A stretch of DNA of 64,000 nt from Podarcis gaigeae (Eukaryota). The number at the start of each line of letters is the position of its first letter. Positions within the stretch are counted from its first letter, which is position 1. The stretch is from assembly GCA_964106915.2 (NCBI GenBank), contig OZ066916.1. One strand, written 5' to 3'. The notes under the pieces are model-generated. The model saw only the letters and a list, made by a program, of their open reading frames with translations, did not search any database and was not told the origin of the DNA. The position numbers and the translations under genes were made by a program. Shown here piece after piece: positions 46,515 to 58,425 of this stretch.

Positions 46515-47908
46515 TAATTTTGAAGTTTCGCTAGCTGTACTCATAGAAGTATTAGGATGTAGCACGTATACTGGAAAACAAAGTGCTAGCCATATCTCCC
46601 TGGAAAGGCCATTCCACAGATGGGGACCACCAGTGAAAAGGCCTGTACTCATGCAACCACCCTCCACACATGTCACCTTGTGTGGGACACATGGAGAAGG
46701 GTCTCTGAGGAAGACCACCAGTGTCTGGCCTGCTCCAACATAGATGTGTGCACTCTTCAGCCCATTATCTCAATGTAGAGCTAGAGATTTTACTCAGGTG
46801 GAGTTGTATTAATTGTATTGACCCTCAGTTGCATCATTTATTTTTCCTGTAACCAACTAGCCAAAATATACGGCTCTAGTGGCAGCTTTCAGTTTCAGAT
46901 ATGAAATCTAACAATGCAATGAAAATTATAAAATCCATTACATGCACCAAAAGAAACCAAAATAGTAGATCAAACAGCTAAAGTCTCATATGAGGCATAC
47001 GTGCAAAATTCTTTGGAACCTGAGAAGGAATCCCAGTGCTTTAATATTCTGTTTCCAACCAGTAGTGGATAAATCATGCAAGAGTATTTATTTAAGAAAC
47101 ATTGTGTTTATCCTGCTTCCTAATGATGGTTCAACCCAATCTGTCTTTCCTGTCATTTTTTGCAAAGTGCTGAGTTGGCTGCCCTACACGGAAAAGTTTT
47201 TGCTTCTCTTTGGAGAATGGACAGGGAGATGCCATCTGCTGGCAGCCGCTCAAAAAATGTTTGTTTTGATTATTCAAAAATGTATGGCTAATTGAAAAAG
47301 GCTTTTGGAGGGAGCAGGAATGATTATTGAAATGTGTTTTTCCAGTTCAATATGGTAATTCCCCTGCAGTGCAGGGAAGGACTTAGCCAGGCTGTGTTTT
47401 CAGTGTTTGTGCATACTGTACATTCACTGCATACACTGTCCATTCAATGTATGTGACGCCTTTGTGGGACACACCTGCAAATCCAAGTTGAAAGACACAG
47501 TGCAATATCTCCAGACCGGTTGATTTTAATTATTTTTGAATTATTTATTGTTTATAACTTTCTTTTTTACTGATAATTTTATTGCTTTATTGTTTTTGTA
47601 AACTGATATGATATTTTATTACAACCAAGAAGTATATAAATCTTGAGAAATAAAATACAATCCCTGCAATACAATAGTAGGTGTACTTGAAATTGGGGAG
47701 AGAAGTATCAGTGCCTCATAAGACATACTTACTGGGGGGGGGGGGAGAGAGGTTACAGGATTTTATTTTTTTTTTGAAAAATATATATAGAAAATCAAGA
47801 AATCATTACCGGACAAGGAGGAATATTTTAAAATTGCTGTACAATTAAGGCTATGCCTAGTTTGACCCTAAGAGACATTCATAAAAAGGGTGCATTTATG
47901 GCTTGCTT

Positions 47909-48270
47909 GGGACGCAGGTGGCGCTGTGGGTTAAAGCCTCAGCGCCTAGGACTTGCCGATCGAAAGGTCGGCGGTTCGAATCCCTGCGGCGGGGTGCGCT
48001 CCCGTTGCTCGGTCCCAGCGCCTGCCAACCTAGCAGTTCGAAAGCACCTCCGGGTGCAAGTAGATAAATAGGGACCGCTTACCAGCGGGAAGGTAAACGG
48101 CGTTTCCGTGTGCGGCTCTGGCTCACCAGAGCAGCGATGTCACGCTGGCCACGTGACCCGGAAGTGTCTCCGGACAGCGCTGGCCCCTGGCCTCTTAAGT
48201 AAGATGGGCGCACAACCCCAGAGTCTGTCAAGACTGGCCCGTACAGGCAGGGGTACCTTTACCTTTACCT
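47909..48270 (+). mobile_element. Full-length Sauria SINE (lacertid type)
   Basis: A box TGGCGCTGTGG ~47919, B box GGTTCGAATCC 47973-47983, (ACCTTT)n tail, 14-bp TSD TTTATGGCTTGCTT (47895-47908 / 48271-48284). Confidence 0.95.
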
Positions 48271-48284
48271 TTTATGGCTTGCTT

Positions 48285-48475
48285 AATTGCATTTAAATCC
48301 CACCTTTTTCTCCAAGGAATTCAAGGTGGTGTGCATGGGTCTCTCCCTCCTCATTTAAACCTCACAACAACCTTGTGAGGTAGGTTAGGCTGAGAGGCAA
48401 TGACTGGCCCCGGGTCACTCAGTGAGCTTTGTGACTCAAGTGGTGTCCCAGGTCTTAATCCAACACCACACTAGG
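48285..48475 (-). mobile_element. Old MIR/L2-related SINE fragment
   Basis: ctcacaacaaccttgtgaggtaggttaggctgagag..gactggccc..ggtcac core in antisense. Confidence 0.7.
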
Positions 48476-51056
48476 GAGGAGAGATCATTTCCTCATGCTT
48501 GTATTCCTGACCACATGCCATTCCTTATAAGGTGACTAAAAGCAAATGTACTTAACATACAATATTGTACTTTTAAAAAAATAAATCAAGAGCAGCTCTT
48601 TGAACCTTAGCCCTTCTCCATCACAACGGAACATGGTGTGATTCCCCTAATTCAAAAGACAAGGACCACAGAAACTGACTGCAGCTCTATTGCCCTTTGA
48701 TAAAGCTTTACCCAGAGCCTTCCCCCGCTTGCACTCTGCCAGTGATCATGACTTCAAGTAGCAGGTGGGCCCTTTTATTTCCACATTAAGAAGCAAAGAG
48801 CAAGGCATAAATTCTCAGGTTCTTTGTGAGAGCTGCTCTGCCAGCCACACTATGTTGGGCATCCCTGGAGCAATCCATCTCTTCACATTAGCATACATGA
48901 GCAAAAACAATAGCTCCCTGGTAGGACGGGTGCACCACACTCCTCCTGGGTGGAAATTAATTTATTTGAATTGGATGCCTGGCCCCTCTGTGCACTGTTG
49001 CCCCATCTAGAGAAGCTGGCTGCCTCCCCTCTCCTTGCCTTCCTTTCACCCCCAAAGATGCAAAATTCACACTGTGTACTTTCTGCCACAGAGAGGCCTC
49101 CATCTTAGAGCTAGGCACAGTGGCTCCTGCCCACCTGCCCTGTGCTGCTTTGCTGTGCTGTCTGGCATAGCAACACACGCCTAACCTTGATCCCTTGAGA
49201 GGTGAAGCGGAAGTTGGTCTTCACTATTAAACATTTTTATAGATAGCAAAGTCCACCCTTCCACCTGCATCCAAAGCACCAAGGCAGCTGGCAGAACAAA
49301 GCGGCTGAGCAAAAGGGCTGACCAGAATGTGTCTGTCTGCAAATTGCCGGCATCCAGGTGCAGCCTTGTTTTTATCATCTCACTTGAGGGAGCCCCTCCT
49401 GGTTGTCAATGTTTTACTGAGCCTCATTAACCCTTCCTTATCCAAGAGAGGTTGCTAAGGATGTGTTTTCATTTCTATAGTCACACAAAGAATAAACATA
49501 ATGCTCCAATCTTCCTTGGCTAAAGTACAGCTAATAGGAGCAACATTCGTTTTCAAGACCCTCTGCTTGTTTAAGCAAAACTTTGGCAGTTGGTTGGTTG
49601 GTTTTTAGTGATTTTTTGTCAGTTATTTACACAGTGCCTGTTACAGTAAGTCCACACTTCTTTTTTTAACTCACTAAGTGCCACACTTATAACGGGGGGG
49701 GGGGGGGGGAGGTGCCAGTATGACGTACCTTTGAATATCCCCAGAAAAAACCCCCTAGTTATTTACATGTTGTTGATATTTTAACAAATCTATAGTTGTT
49801 GTTTTTTTAAAAAATGAATTTGTATGTGTAATTGTTTCAATAGTTTTATATATATGCAACAATTTTATTATACATGTCTTTATTATGTTGTAAATTGCTT
49901 TGGGATGCCTCATGGGAAGTGAACTAACAAAGGAACTAGAGGAGGAGGAGGAGGAGGAAGCTACAAACAGTCCAACAGTGGGTGGGAGGAACAGGAAGAG
50001 GAGGAGAGGGTATAATAGTACTAGTTGTTGCTGTTCACGCCATACTTCTACCATTCACCTCCAACTCAATGATTCTTTCACTTCATAGCCTTTTTGTGAG
50101 CTTCTGGAGACTTTGGCTTGACCATAGCTGCAAACAGGATGATGAACTAGATGGACCTCAGTGTGATCCAGCAAGGCAATCCTTTTTACAATCTCTCAAA
50201 AACCTATTGCTTTGTTCCCCATTCTCAGACGTCATTGTTCTCCCTCTTCTTTACATTTTCAGAGTGTTGTCCTTTCTCTAAACCTTTCCTTCTCCTCCCT
50301 CCAGTCTTCACATGGCAGCCTTCCTAAATTTTTTATTTGTTCCTCATAGCTTTCCTTGGAATCTTTTCTAGACGGTGATTATCTTCCTAGAAATCTCACA
50401 TGTCATCAAATGTGTCAAATGCTATTACTCGTTTGAAACAGTAATATTCCATTTGTGCTCCATTTCATTATATGGCCATCGTTAACATCAACTAGGGTGC
50501 AGCCTCACAACCTGAATCAACTGAATTCGTAGGAAGTGGTGTATAAGTGCAGTGGAAAAGAAGCCGCACTGCTGAAGTGACACACCTACTGGATCTGCCC
50601 ACAGAAAGCTCCACAGGCACAAATATCCTGCTGATGGAAGTGTCCCACCAATGGTGAGGGTATGCCAGTGGCAGCTGAGGATTTCAAACCCTCTCATTCC
50701 CTGGCGCTCTCCCAAAAGAAGCTTCAACTATGCCAGCCCCTGAGTTGGCATATTTAATTATGGGAAGGGGTGACAGCATGAGGGGGAGGTAAGGAAAAGC
50801 CCCCTCTTCCTCTGGCCTCAGCAAGCCAGCAGGGCTTAGGAAAGGGCAGTAAATTTGTGTGTGCACACAACACACACATCCATATTATTGGTCTTCCTGT
50901 CACTTTTATAAAAATAAAACACCAGTCATATTGACAGTCAGCAATTTAATAGATGTAGTTTGGCACACACACTGAGAATTAAACAAAAGATGTCAATCAG
51001 ATACTGCCAAATGTTGGCGCTGTGGAGTGGATAAAGTGCAAACTGTGATTTTTTCA

Positions 51057-51230
51057 GGAATCATAGAATTGTAGAGTTGGAAGGAAACCAACAGGTTACC
51101 TCGTGCAACCCCCTGCAATGCAAAAACGACAGCTAGAGGAGCTCTGACAAATGGCCATCCAACATCTGTTTTAAAACCTCAAATGAAGGATTGTCCACCG
51201 TATTCCAAAGCAGTCCATTCCACTATTACA
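51057..51230 (-). mobile_element. CR1 LINE 3' end
   Basis: gaatcatagaattgtagagttggaagg is the reverse complement of the CR1 tail seen at 17590-17620. Confidence 0.8.
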
Positions 51231-52576
51231 TTAACATTTTGAAAACTGGTAACATCCATCAAGATGTTGAAAGTGTTAGTGATTCCTGGAATAAGAGTAC
51301 ATGTGGAGACATTAGAGATTCTGCTGCACCATTTAAAATACATTAGAAATAAAAATAAGCACATTTTAATTTCTGGGTTTGTTTTTTTACTTTTTAAGAG
51401 CAGTAGGAATAGAGAAAATCTGGAGATGTAAACACTTAAAACTATATAAATGAATTAACAAATCTTGGCCTTTTAAGGAACAATTGGAGTTAATCTACTG
51501 GCCTATTTCAAATTATTCTTAATTGGTATCAGATTTACCAGCTTAGTTGGGCAGAAACTATTAAAATATAATGCCTCTTTTATTTGAACTAAATTATGAC
51601 TTCAAATATGCAAGTGAGTATTCCTATATATTGATAATTAATACAATAAAATGAAAAGTCAGCAGTCAGGAAAAGGCTCATGCCAGTATGTTGCTGCCAA
51701 ATGATTACCTCATGGCCTGGCCTAGTTTTTCAAGATCACTAATTCAGCCTTAGCAGCCTGGTCAGCTTCTTCTTCCGAAAGCCAGTTGCTCAACTTGATG
51801 GTGTTTCTGCTTGACAGAAATAAGGAAGGACAGCATTGTTACAGTGGGAGGCAGGAGCCTGACTCCAGCCTTAAAAGACTTTATCTGCCTCCTGTGAGCC
51901 ATATTCTATATGCTGAATGATTTGAAAGGAATTAATTGAGTGGTAATTCCTGTAGATGCCAGCAATGGAAACATCCCTGCTGGGATGCACAAACTCTCCT
52001 TGCCTGTGAGTTGGAGTGAGACATGTACAGTGCCATCCTTTCCCCAAAACAGTTGTACTCCACATATGTATTGGCCTACAACTTGTGCCATGACTGGGGC
52101 TGATGGTGCACCAGGTTGGTGAGGGCTGTGTTCTGCCACATGGTGCCTCTGCTCCTTACATTCCCAGCTCCAGTCCTCTACATCCCTCCCTGATATGTTG
52201 TTTTCTTCCTGCTTATCCTGAGACACATTGGTATTTTAATTCTTTTCTTAAAGAGTGGAATCAAATTGTGACTATGGGATGTTTCTAAAACATAAGGGTG
52301 TGTCAGACTAACTGTGGCATGATTGCCAGTCATAGTAGTACACAAACTTTGATGATCTTGGGCCCAGGTCACATATCATACCCTCCAACACCTCGACAGC
52401 AAAATCTAGACACAATCTTCCACAATGCCATTGTCCTGTTTCTCATGAGAGAATGGCAGCCATTTTGGATGCTGTGATCTCACATGATTTCATGGCACAA
52501 TTTTCCCTCCCCCAAAAGCACTTTTTCGGGCTCACATTTTGGAGTACCGTGCAAGATCACGGCCCTGGAAAAAGCA

Positions 52577-53348
52577 TGTTGTGAACTGGTTGGACATGAG
52601 GGAGGAGGAAGAGGATCCCAGTGAGTGGTCTAGCCAGAACTGGGACATACCAGGGCAAGCTGGGGATGGGGAAGGAGAGGTTGGTGTAGGAAGTACTCAT
52701 GGGATGATGGAGGATGGCAAGGAATGAGGGTCAGTGCACAGGAAACAGCAGCAGGACCCATCTCCAGAGCCAGAGGAGCCCATCTCCACAAACATGGTGG
52801 GCTCTGAGATGTAGGGATCAGTGGGATGGCTGGTCTAGGAGGCTGAGGCAGGCAAGGGCCCACAGTCCAACTCACCTCTGGGAGGAGGTGTGTGATTCCT
52901 CAGCTGCAGTAGGCTCAGAACAGATGAGGGTCTCAAGCCTCGTCAAGCCCAGATGCTACCGTATAAATGGGCTACAACAAAGGAAATCCGCTGTGTTGCA
53001 AAACAGACAACTCTGACCAATCACATGCAACACACGGCTAACAATGTTCTAACAAAATATTTGTAACATGTATTATTTCACAATTCTAAGTATTGTGAAA
53101 TAATACATGTTACAAATATTTTGTTAGAACATTATTAGCTGCGTGTTGCATGTGATTGTTCACATTATAAAAGAGCAGCAGAGCTGAGGTGCTGTGTCTG
53201 CTCAGCTGCCCATGTTGATGGACCTCACCTTGGGTGCTCCAGGATCTCTGCAGCCCTGTCCTTCAGTTTGGACTTTGGACACGTGGATTGATCCTCAACT
53301 GGGGACTTGACATACTGACGACACTAGGTAGGTCAGGGATTCAGGACA
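52577..53348 (+). mobile_element. Solo LTR with internal hairpin-containing insertion
   Basis: TGTTGTG...CAGGACA termini with exact 5-bp TSD AAGCA (52572-52576 / 53349-53353). Confidence 0.7.
53018..53158. repeat. Long inverted repeat, 67-bp arms, 7-nt spacer
   Basis: 53018-53084 is the reverse complement of 53092-53158 with 3 mismatches; inner 42 bp perfect. Confidence 0.97.
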
Positions 53349-53977
53349 AAGCATCTGTACTTTTGGGGGAGGGAGGGGAAAAGAGGGGGAGGAAAGATTG
53401 CACTGTGAAATTGCGTGAGAATGATGAGAAAAGTGGGGTGACCACATTTGCTATCCATGACTTCAGTAGTAGTTCTAAATATATATTTTGTCACTGTGTG
53501 TCTGCGACTCTATCAGGCTCCTGCCCAAGTGCCAACTCTTCATGGGCAACTTCAAGGCCTCTGCTGCTCTCCCTTCTTATGGGTCTTCATCTTTAAACTG
53601 GACCTTAGGACATCTTCAAAGGCAGCTCTTAAAAGAAAGCTACCCTACTTGGTTACTTCATACTGCTGTTAACTAGTTATGACTGTGCATATGTGAAGTT
53701 CCTAGATTCTTCAGTCCAAAGATACATAATTTCCACTTATTTATGGATGAACATCAGGATTGTTGTGGCTGTTTTGTTTACTGTTGCAGGGGGTTAAAAA
53801 ACATCCCTTTAATTTCTGACACTAGAGTCCTCAACAGAATTAGTTAGCAGTGTTTCCCTATTATTTCAGTAAGGTTTATTGGCAAGTAAATAGTTTTGTT
53901 CAGGATTGATTCACACTTTTTTGCCTGTAACCTATGCTGATACTTTTGCTGCACAGAGTATGTAAGTAATTTATAGT

Positions 53978-54062
53978 GCAATCCTATACATGTCTACTCA
54001 GAGGTATATCTTACTGTTTTCAGTGGCGCTTAGTCTCCCAGCTCAGTATGTATAGGATTGCA
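53978..54062. mobile_element. Short palindromic squamate MITE (caatcctat...taggattg); related degenerate copies near 8060, 10900, 17000, 17130, 22135, 24190, 40200
   Basis: Terminal inverted gcaatcctataca / tgtataggattgc and a recurring internal tactc..ttcaatgg motif. Confidence 0.65.
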
Positions 54063-57000
54063 GGCAGTGTAATCTGGTACTGAAACAGTCCCACTCATCG
54101 CAGAATTGTGATATATACTAGGGAGATCACAGGTCTTTTAAGGTGTTAAAATACTTTGAGGATACAGTATATCTCACCACAGATGTACAGAAAACATTAT
54201 GACTGAGAATGGCACAGCAATCCATGATGTAATGAGTTGTCATGTTATACTCCAGAGGTCTCAGAACATGCATGACAAGGCCTTTTAAAAAGCACAATCT
54301 GGATGACTTGTCACTTTTGGAGCATTTAGTGTTGGTGTGGGTCAGTGGAACTGCCAAATTAGATAGCCTTTTGTGGGAGCCTGTATATGTGGGGGGGGGG
54401 GGCGAGGGAAAGGACCAGATTATAAATGTTTAGTATACCAGGGTTGGCTAACATGGAGTCCTCCACATATTCCAACTACAATTCCCAACATTCTTGGCTA
54501 TTGCCTACAAGAGGCTGGAAGTGATGAAAGTTGTAGTGCACATGAATTAATCTGTAGCCTTTTAATACTCCCTCTACGAACCATAAACTGAGTAGGCATT
54601 TCAGAAAATAATGACAATCTCATACAGTCAGGAAAGAATATATTCACCCTGATGATGCATGTGAAGGACAGAGTATAAATCTTAGTAGCAACTGCACAGA
54701 TAAAGAACAACAACAATCTTGCTGTTACTATCCAAAGCACCCTTTTATTTGAACTATCTGGTTTTACATTTCACATTACCATAATTTCTCAGTATCTTTT
54801 CTATCTGAACAAGTTGTTTTCATTACTTACATGACATTGACTATTATACAGGAAAACAGGAACTTAACATGCCATTCCCTCTTGTGATTATAAGTCAGGG
54901 TCATTTTGCATATACAGGTGTGGCCAAGCTTACATTCAGGTTAAAAAAATGCTTTGCTCCTTCATTCACAGAGATTAGATGAGAGAGACAGATAAAAGCT
55001 TCACGATGCCTTGAAACTCCTAGATTGTGCAGGAACTGAAGCTTTAGCACCATGGTGATAATCTAATGATGCAAAGAACTTGGACACCCTTCAATTGTAT
55101 CAGAACAATAGGTGCTGTCAGCCCAACATAGGTAGTTCCTAACAAATGACAAACTGGGGCTGCACATAACTCTCGTTTCTTCCCGTGTTCTCTCTTGCTG
55201 TTGAGCATTACGTCTCATTATTCAGTCAATGTTTTATATATGGGGAAGTTAACAAATAAGGACCTGTGCAACAGGAAAGCTCTGTTTTTGCGCTGCATTG
55301 GCAAAACTATTGCCTCTGATTAGATCTTAAGCACCTGTTTGCTCACTATGACTTTCACTGTTAAGAAATGAACAAAAAATGTTAAGGATGCAAACTGTCA
55401 GAAGTAATCTCCCAGGGCAGCGACCACCTTTTGTTCTGTGAAGTGTCACAAGGATTGGTGGTGTCGCAACATATGAACACACTAGAGTGGTTGGATGCAA
55501 AAGTGAGCAAGGCTCCTGTGCCTTTGAAAGTTGGGGGGTGGAAGGACAAGCATGACAAACTACATTTGCTGCAATGAACTCTTCCATACAGATCTTAAGG
55601 AAGCAGGAGCCCTGCCCCTCCAGATTTTGCTGACTTGCAACTCCCAGCATCGCTGGCCATCAGCTACACTTGCTGGGGATGCCGGTAGTTATGGGCCAGC
55701 AACATCTGGAGGGTCAAAGGTTCCCCACTCCTGGTGTACGGGTTTGCAGTCTGAGGAAGCTGCCTCATATTTGGTCAATGTGCTTGTCCTTACCCTGAAA
55801 GACTGCAACTTGCTGACACCAACTCACACTGCAGAGCTGCAACGTTTGGTAAGGTCTTGGACCAGCATGTCTTGCTCTGTTTCATAAGTTGCCATCATGG
55901 TGCCCACAGGTGCACATGGCTCAGCCCAAGCCTTCCCTGATGCCCATAGGATCCACTTCCCCAGCTGAAATTAAGTTTGAGAGAAGCATAGCCAATAAAA
56001 CAGATTGTGGTGGGTGGGTGGGTGTCCACAACAGTTTCTCTGCTTTGTTATAAACTATTGCACTTACTATAACAACTTCATGGTGAGTACCAGCATCTAT
56101 TTTTCTAGGAGAAGAAGAAAAAAGCACTGCCCGCAGGTCCCCAAGGTTGGTGACCCCTTCCCCAGTTCCTTGCTAGAGAGAAACCGGAGGACAGAGGAAC
56201 AAACAAAACCGGGGAAATGTTTATTACTGCTTTAATGATTCATGCAAGGGAGTGGGTTATACAACTTGTGAGGCAAGTGTTTTTCCTGACTTAACTCCAT
56301 CCCATCCCATAGACAAACACTCTCATTTCGTGATGACTGCGGAGGTGGGGCTGCCTTTCTTTCTTCATTCCAGTACCTCCAACACGTACCTCTTATCTCT
56401 GGATCATAATTATATCTTCATTTAAGAGTACTATAAAGCCTAGGGGGGAAGAGAGCCTTTCCCCTTTCCAAGAGAACAAAGACTCCAAGGCTTTCAGCTG
56501 TTCTGGCCATGCTCCACCTCAGCGTTAGAGCAAAGAGGGCCCAGCTATTAAAGGGAAAGACAATAGTTGCCGTGAGAAAGAGAGAGAAACAGATCCAAAA
56601 CAAAAAACAAAAAACCCCCTAAAAGGCAAAAGTTTCTTGACTTAAGCTAACCTGAGCGTAATTAGAGGCTGGTGTTTCCAGGGTCACCTAATGTTACCAT
56701 CAAAATCCTGACTTGCAACATTTCTCTCCCTTTCTGGAATTTGTTTCAAACTAGAGTCACTGTGCCCACTTAGGTACCTGGGGCAGAGTCTCCCACAAGT
56801 TATCTGTGAATGTTTACATGTGCGTAGATCCATCTGAACAGCAGTTGCTGGGAATTACAAGTGGAGAGCTGTGCCCAAGTGCTGCTTCTGAGCTTCCCAT
56901 GAACTTCTGGTTAGTTGTGAGAACAGTGTACAGTACTGGTCTAGGTGGGCAGGCTTCTTATGCTCTTGAGGATAAAGGTCCCCAGCTTGCCATGTCAAGC

Positions 57001-58283
57001 CGCATCTGAGCATACCATTGCTTAGTAATTCATGGCCTGTTCTTTTGAAAACATACAGCCAAGTAAAGAAGTGTGGAAATGCTGGCGCAGAGGCAGTTGA
57101 TGCTTAGCCGAGGTTGGTTGCCTGATGTTGGAGGATAAAGTCCAGCACTGCAGAACATACTTCCTAGTATTTATTTATTTTTTAAATTTTAGGCTGCTGA
57201 TGAAACAAGCATCTCTTCTACACATAGGAACCAGATTCCATCCTTTTATGAACTTCCTCACTTTCTTTAGCACTTCCTTTCCTGAAAGTGCATGTCCTCC
57301 AAAGTTTCCAGTATAAGGTCATGATTATAGAATGCTCTTCTGCTCTTATTCACAGCCCTGTACCTATGTTGCTGCCCATAGCTCTGGAGAGAGTGTCAGA
57401 GAAAAAGGGCTAGATTTACTAGCATTGCCACCAGTGGCTACTACTAGCTCAACAGCAGCTGCAGTGTTTGCTCTGACTGAGATAGCTTTGTCCATCTTTG
57501 TAAAACTAGGATTTTTTTCCCCCAGTTATGGCAGGAATTGCTTCACAGAATAGCCATGGTAGGCTTTTTTTTGTTTTTTGTTTTGGTTTATCATCATTTT
57601 ATTAATTTTATATGGTACTACGTAGTAGAATCAAAGCATGGCACTTTACAAAGTAATATAGCTTAAATAGCAACCAGAGGAAGCACTTTTTCAGTGTCGG
57701 CACCCTGTTTATGGAATGCCCGGCCACAGTGGCTTGCCTGCTGCCTTTTTGATCTACTCATTTTGTGGGTGTCAAAAAGGAAGGGGCGGGGGTTTCTGAT
57801 GAATATTTTCCAAACAGTTAGCAGAAGCATGAAAACAAAAATCCCCAATTACCTTCTGAAAAATCTCAGCTGAAAGGACCTAGATTGTTTGAACATACTG
57901 GTGAATGGAACAAGCAATGGGTAAAGAGAGGGAGGAGGAGGAGCCAACCCCCTTGACCTCTTCAAAAATATCACATTGGATTGGAGCCATATGTGCATGC
58001 AAAATTATCTACCCTTTTGTGAAATAGCAGGGTGGAAAGTCTGCTGGATATTATCCACCCTCCTCCCCTCCAACAATTTTGAAACAGACTGAAGAAGACA
58101 ATTCTCACATTTCAGCTCAGGTGTAATACAATTGGGACTACACAGAGCAACCTCAGAATAAGGTTGCCATATTAGCTTATGGCATGGCCAATTAGCTAGC
58201 TATACTTAGCTTTAAAGCCTGCTCTTTCAAGGGAGAGGGCCATGCTCTTATGTTCAGTGTCAAGAGTATGGGGGGAGGGTGTT

Positions 58284-58425
58284 TTTTTGCCCCAAGATTT
58301 CCCAGTGGAAACCCACACTTTAAAGTTAAATTGGTGCAAAGACTAACTCAGGTTGTCCACAGATTGATGTGTGCTCCGATTGAGCTTTAAAGTCTGGGTT
58401 TTCATGGGGAAAGCTCTGGAGCAAA
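58284..58425. mobile_element. Degenerate inverted-repeat element (MITE-like)
   Basis: gaaacccacactttaaag / ctttaaagtctgggttttc and tttgcccca / tggagcaaa arms. Confidence 0.55.

Noticed and set aside
47909-47990. tRNA-like sequence with A/B boxes
   Set aside because: Head of the Sauria SINE, not a tRNA gene; the same applies to the SINE head near 62060-62128.
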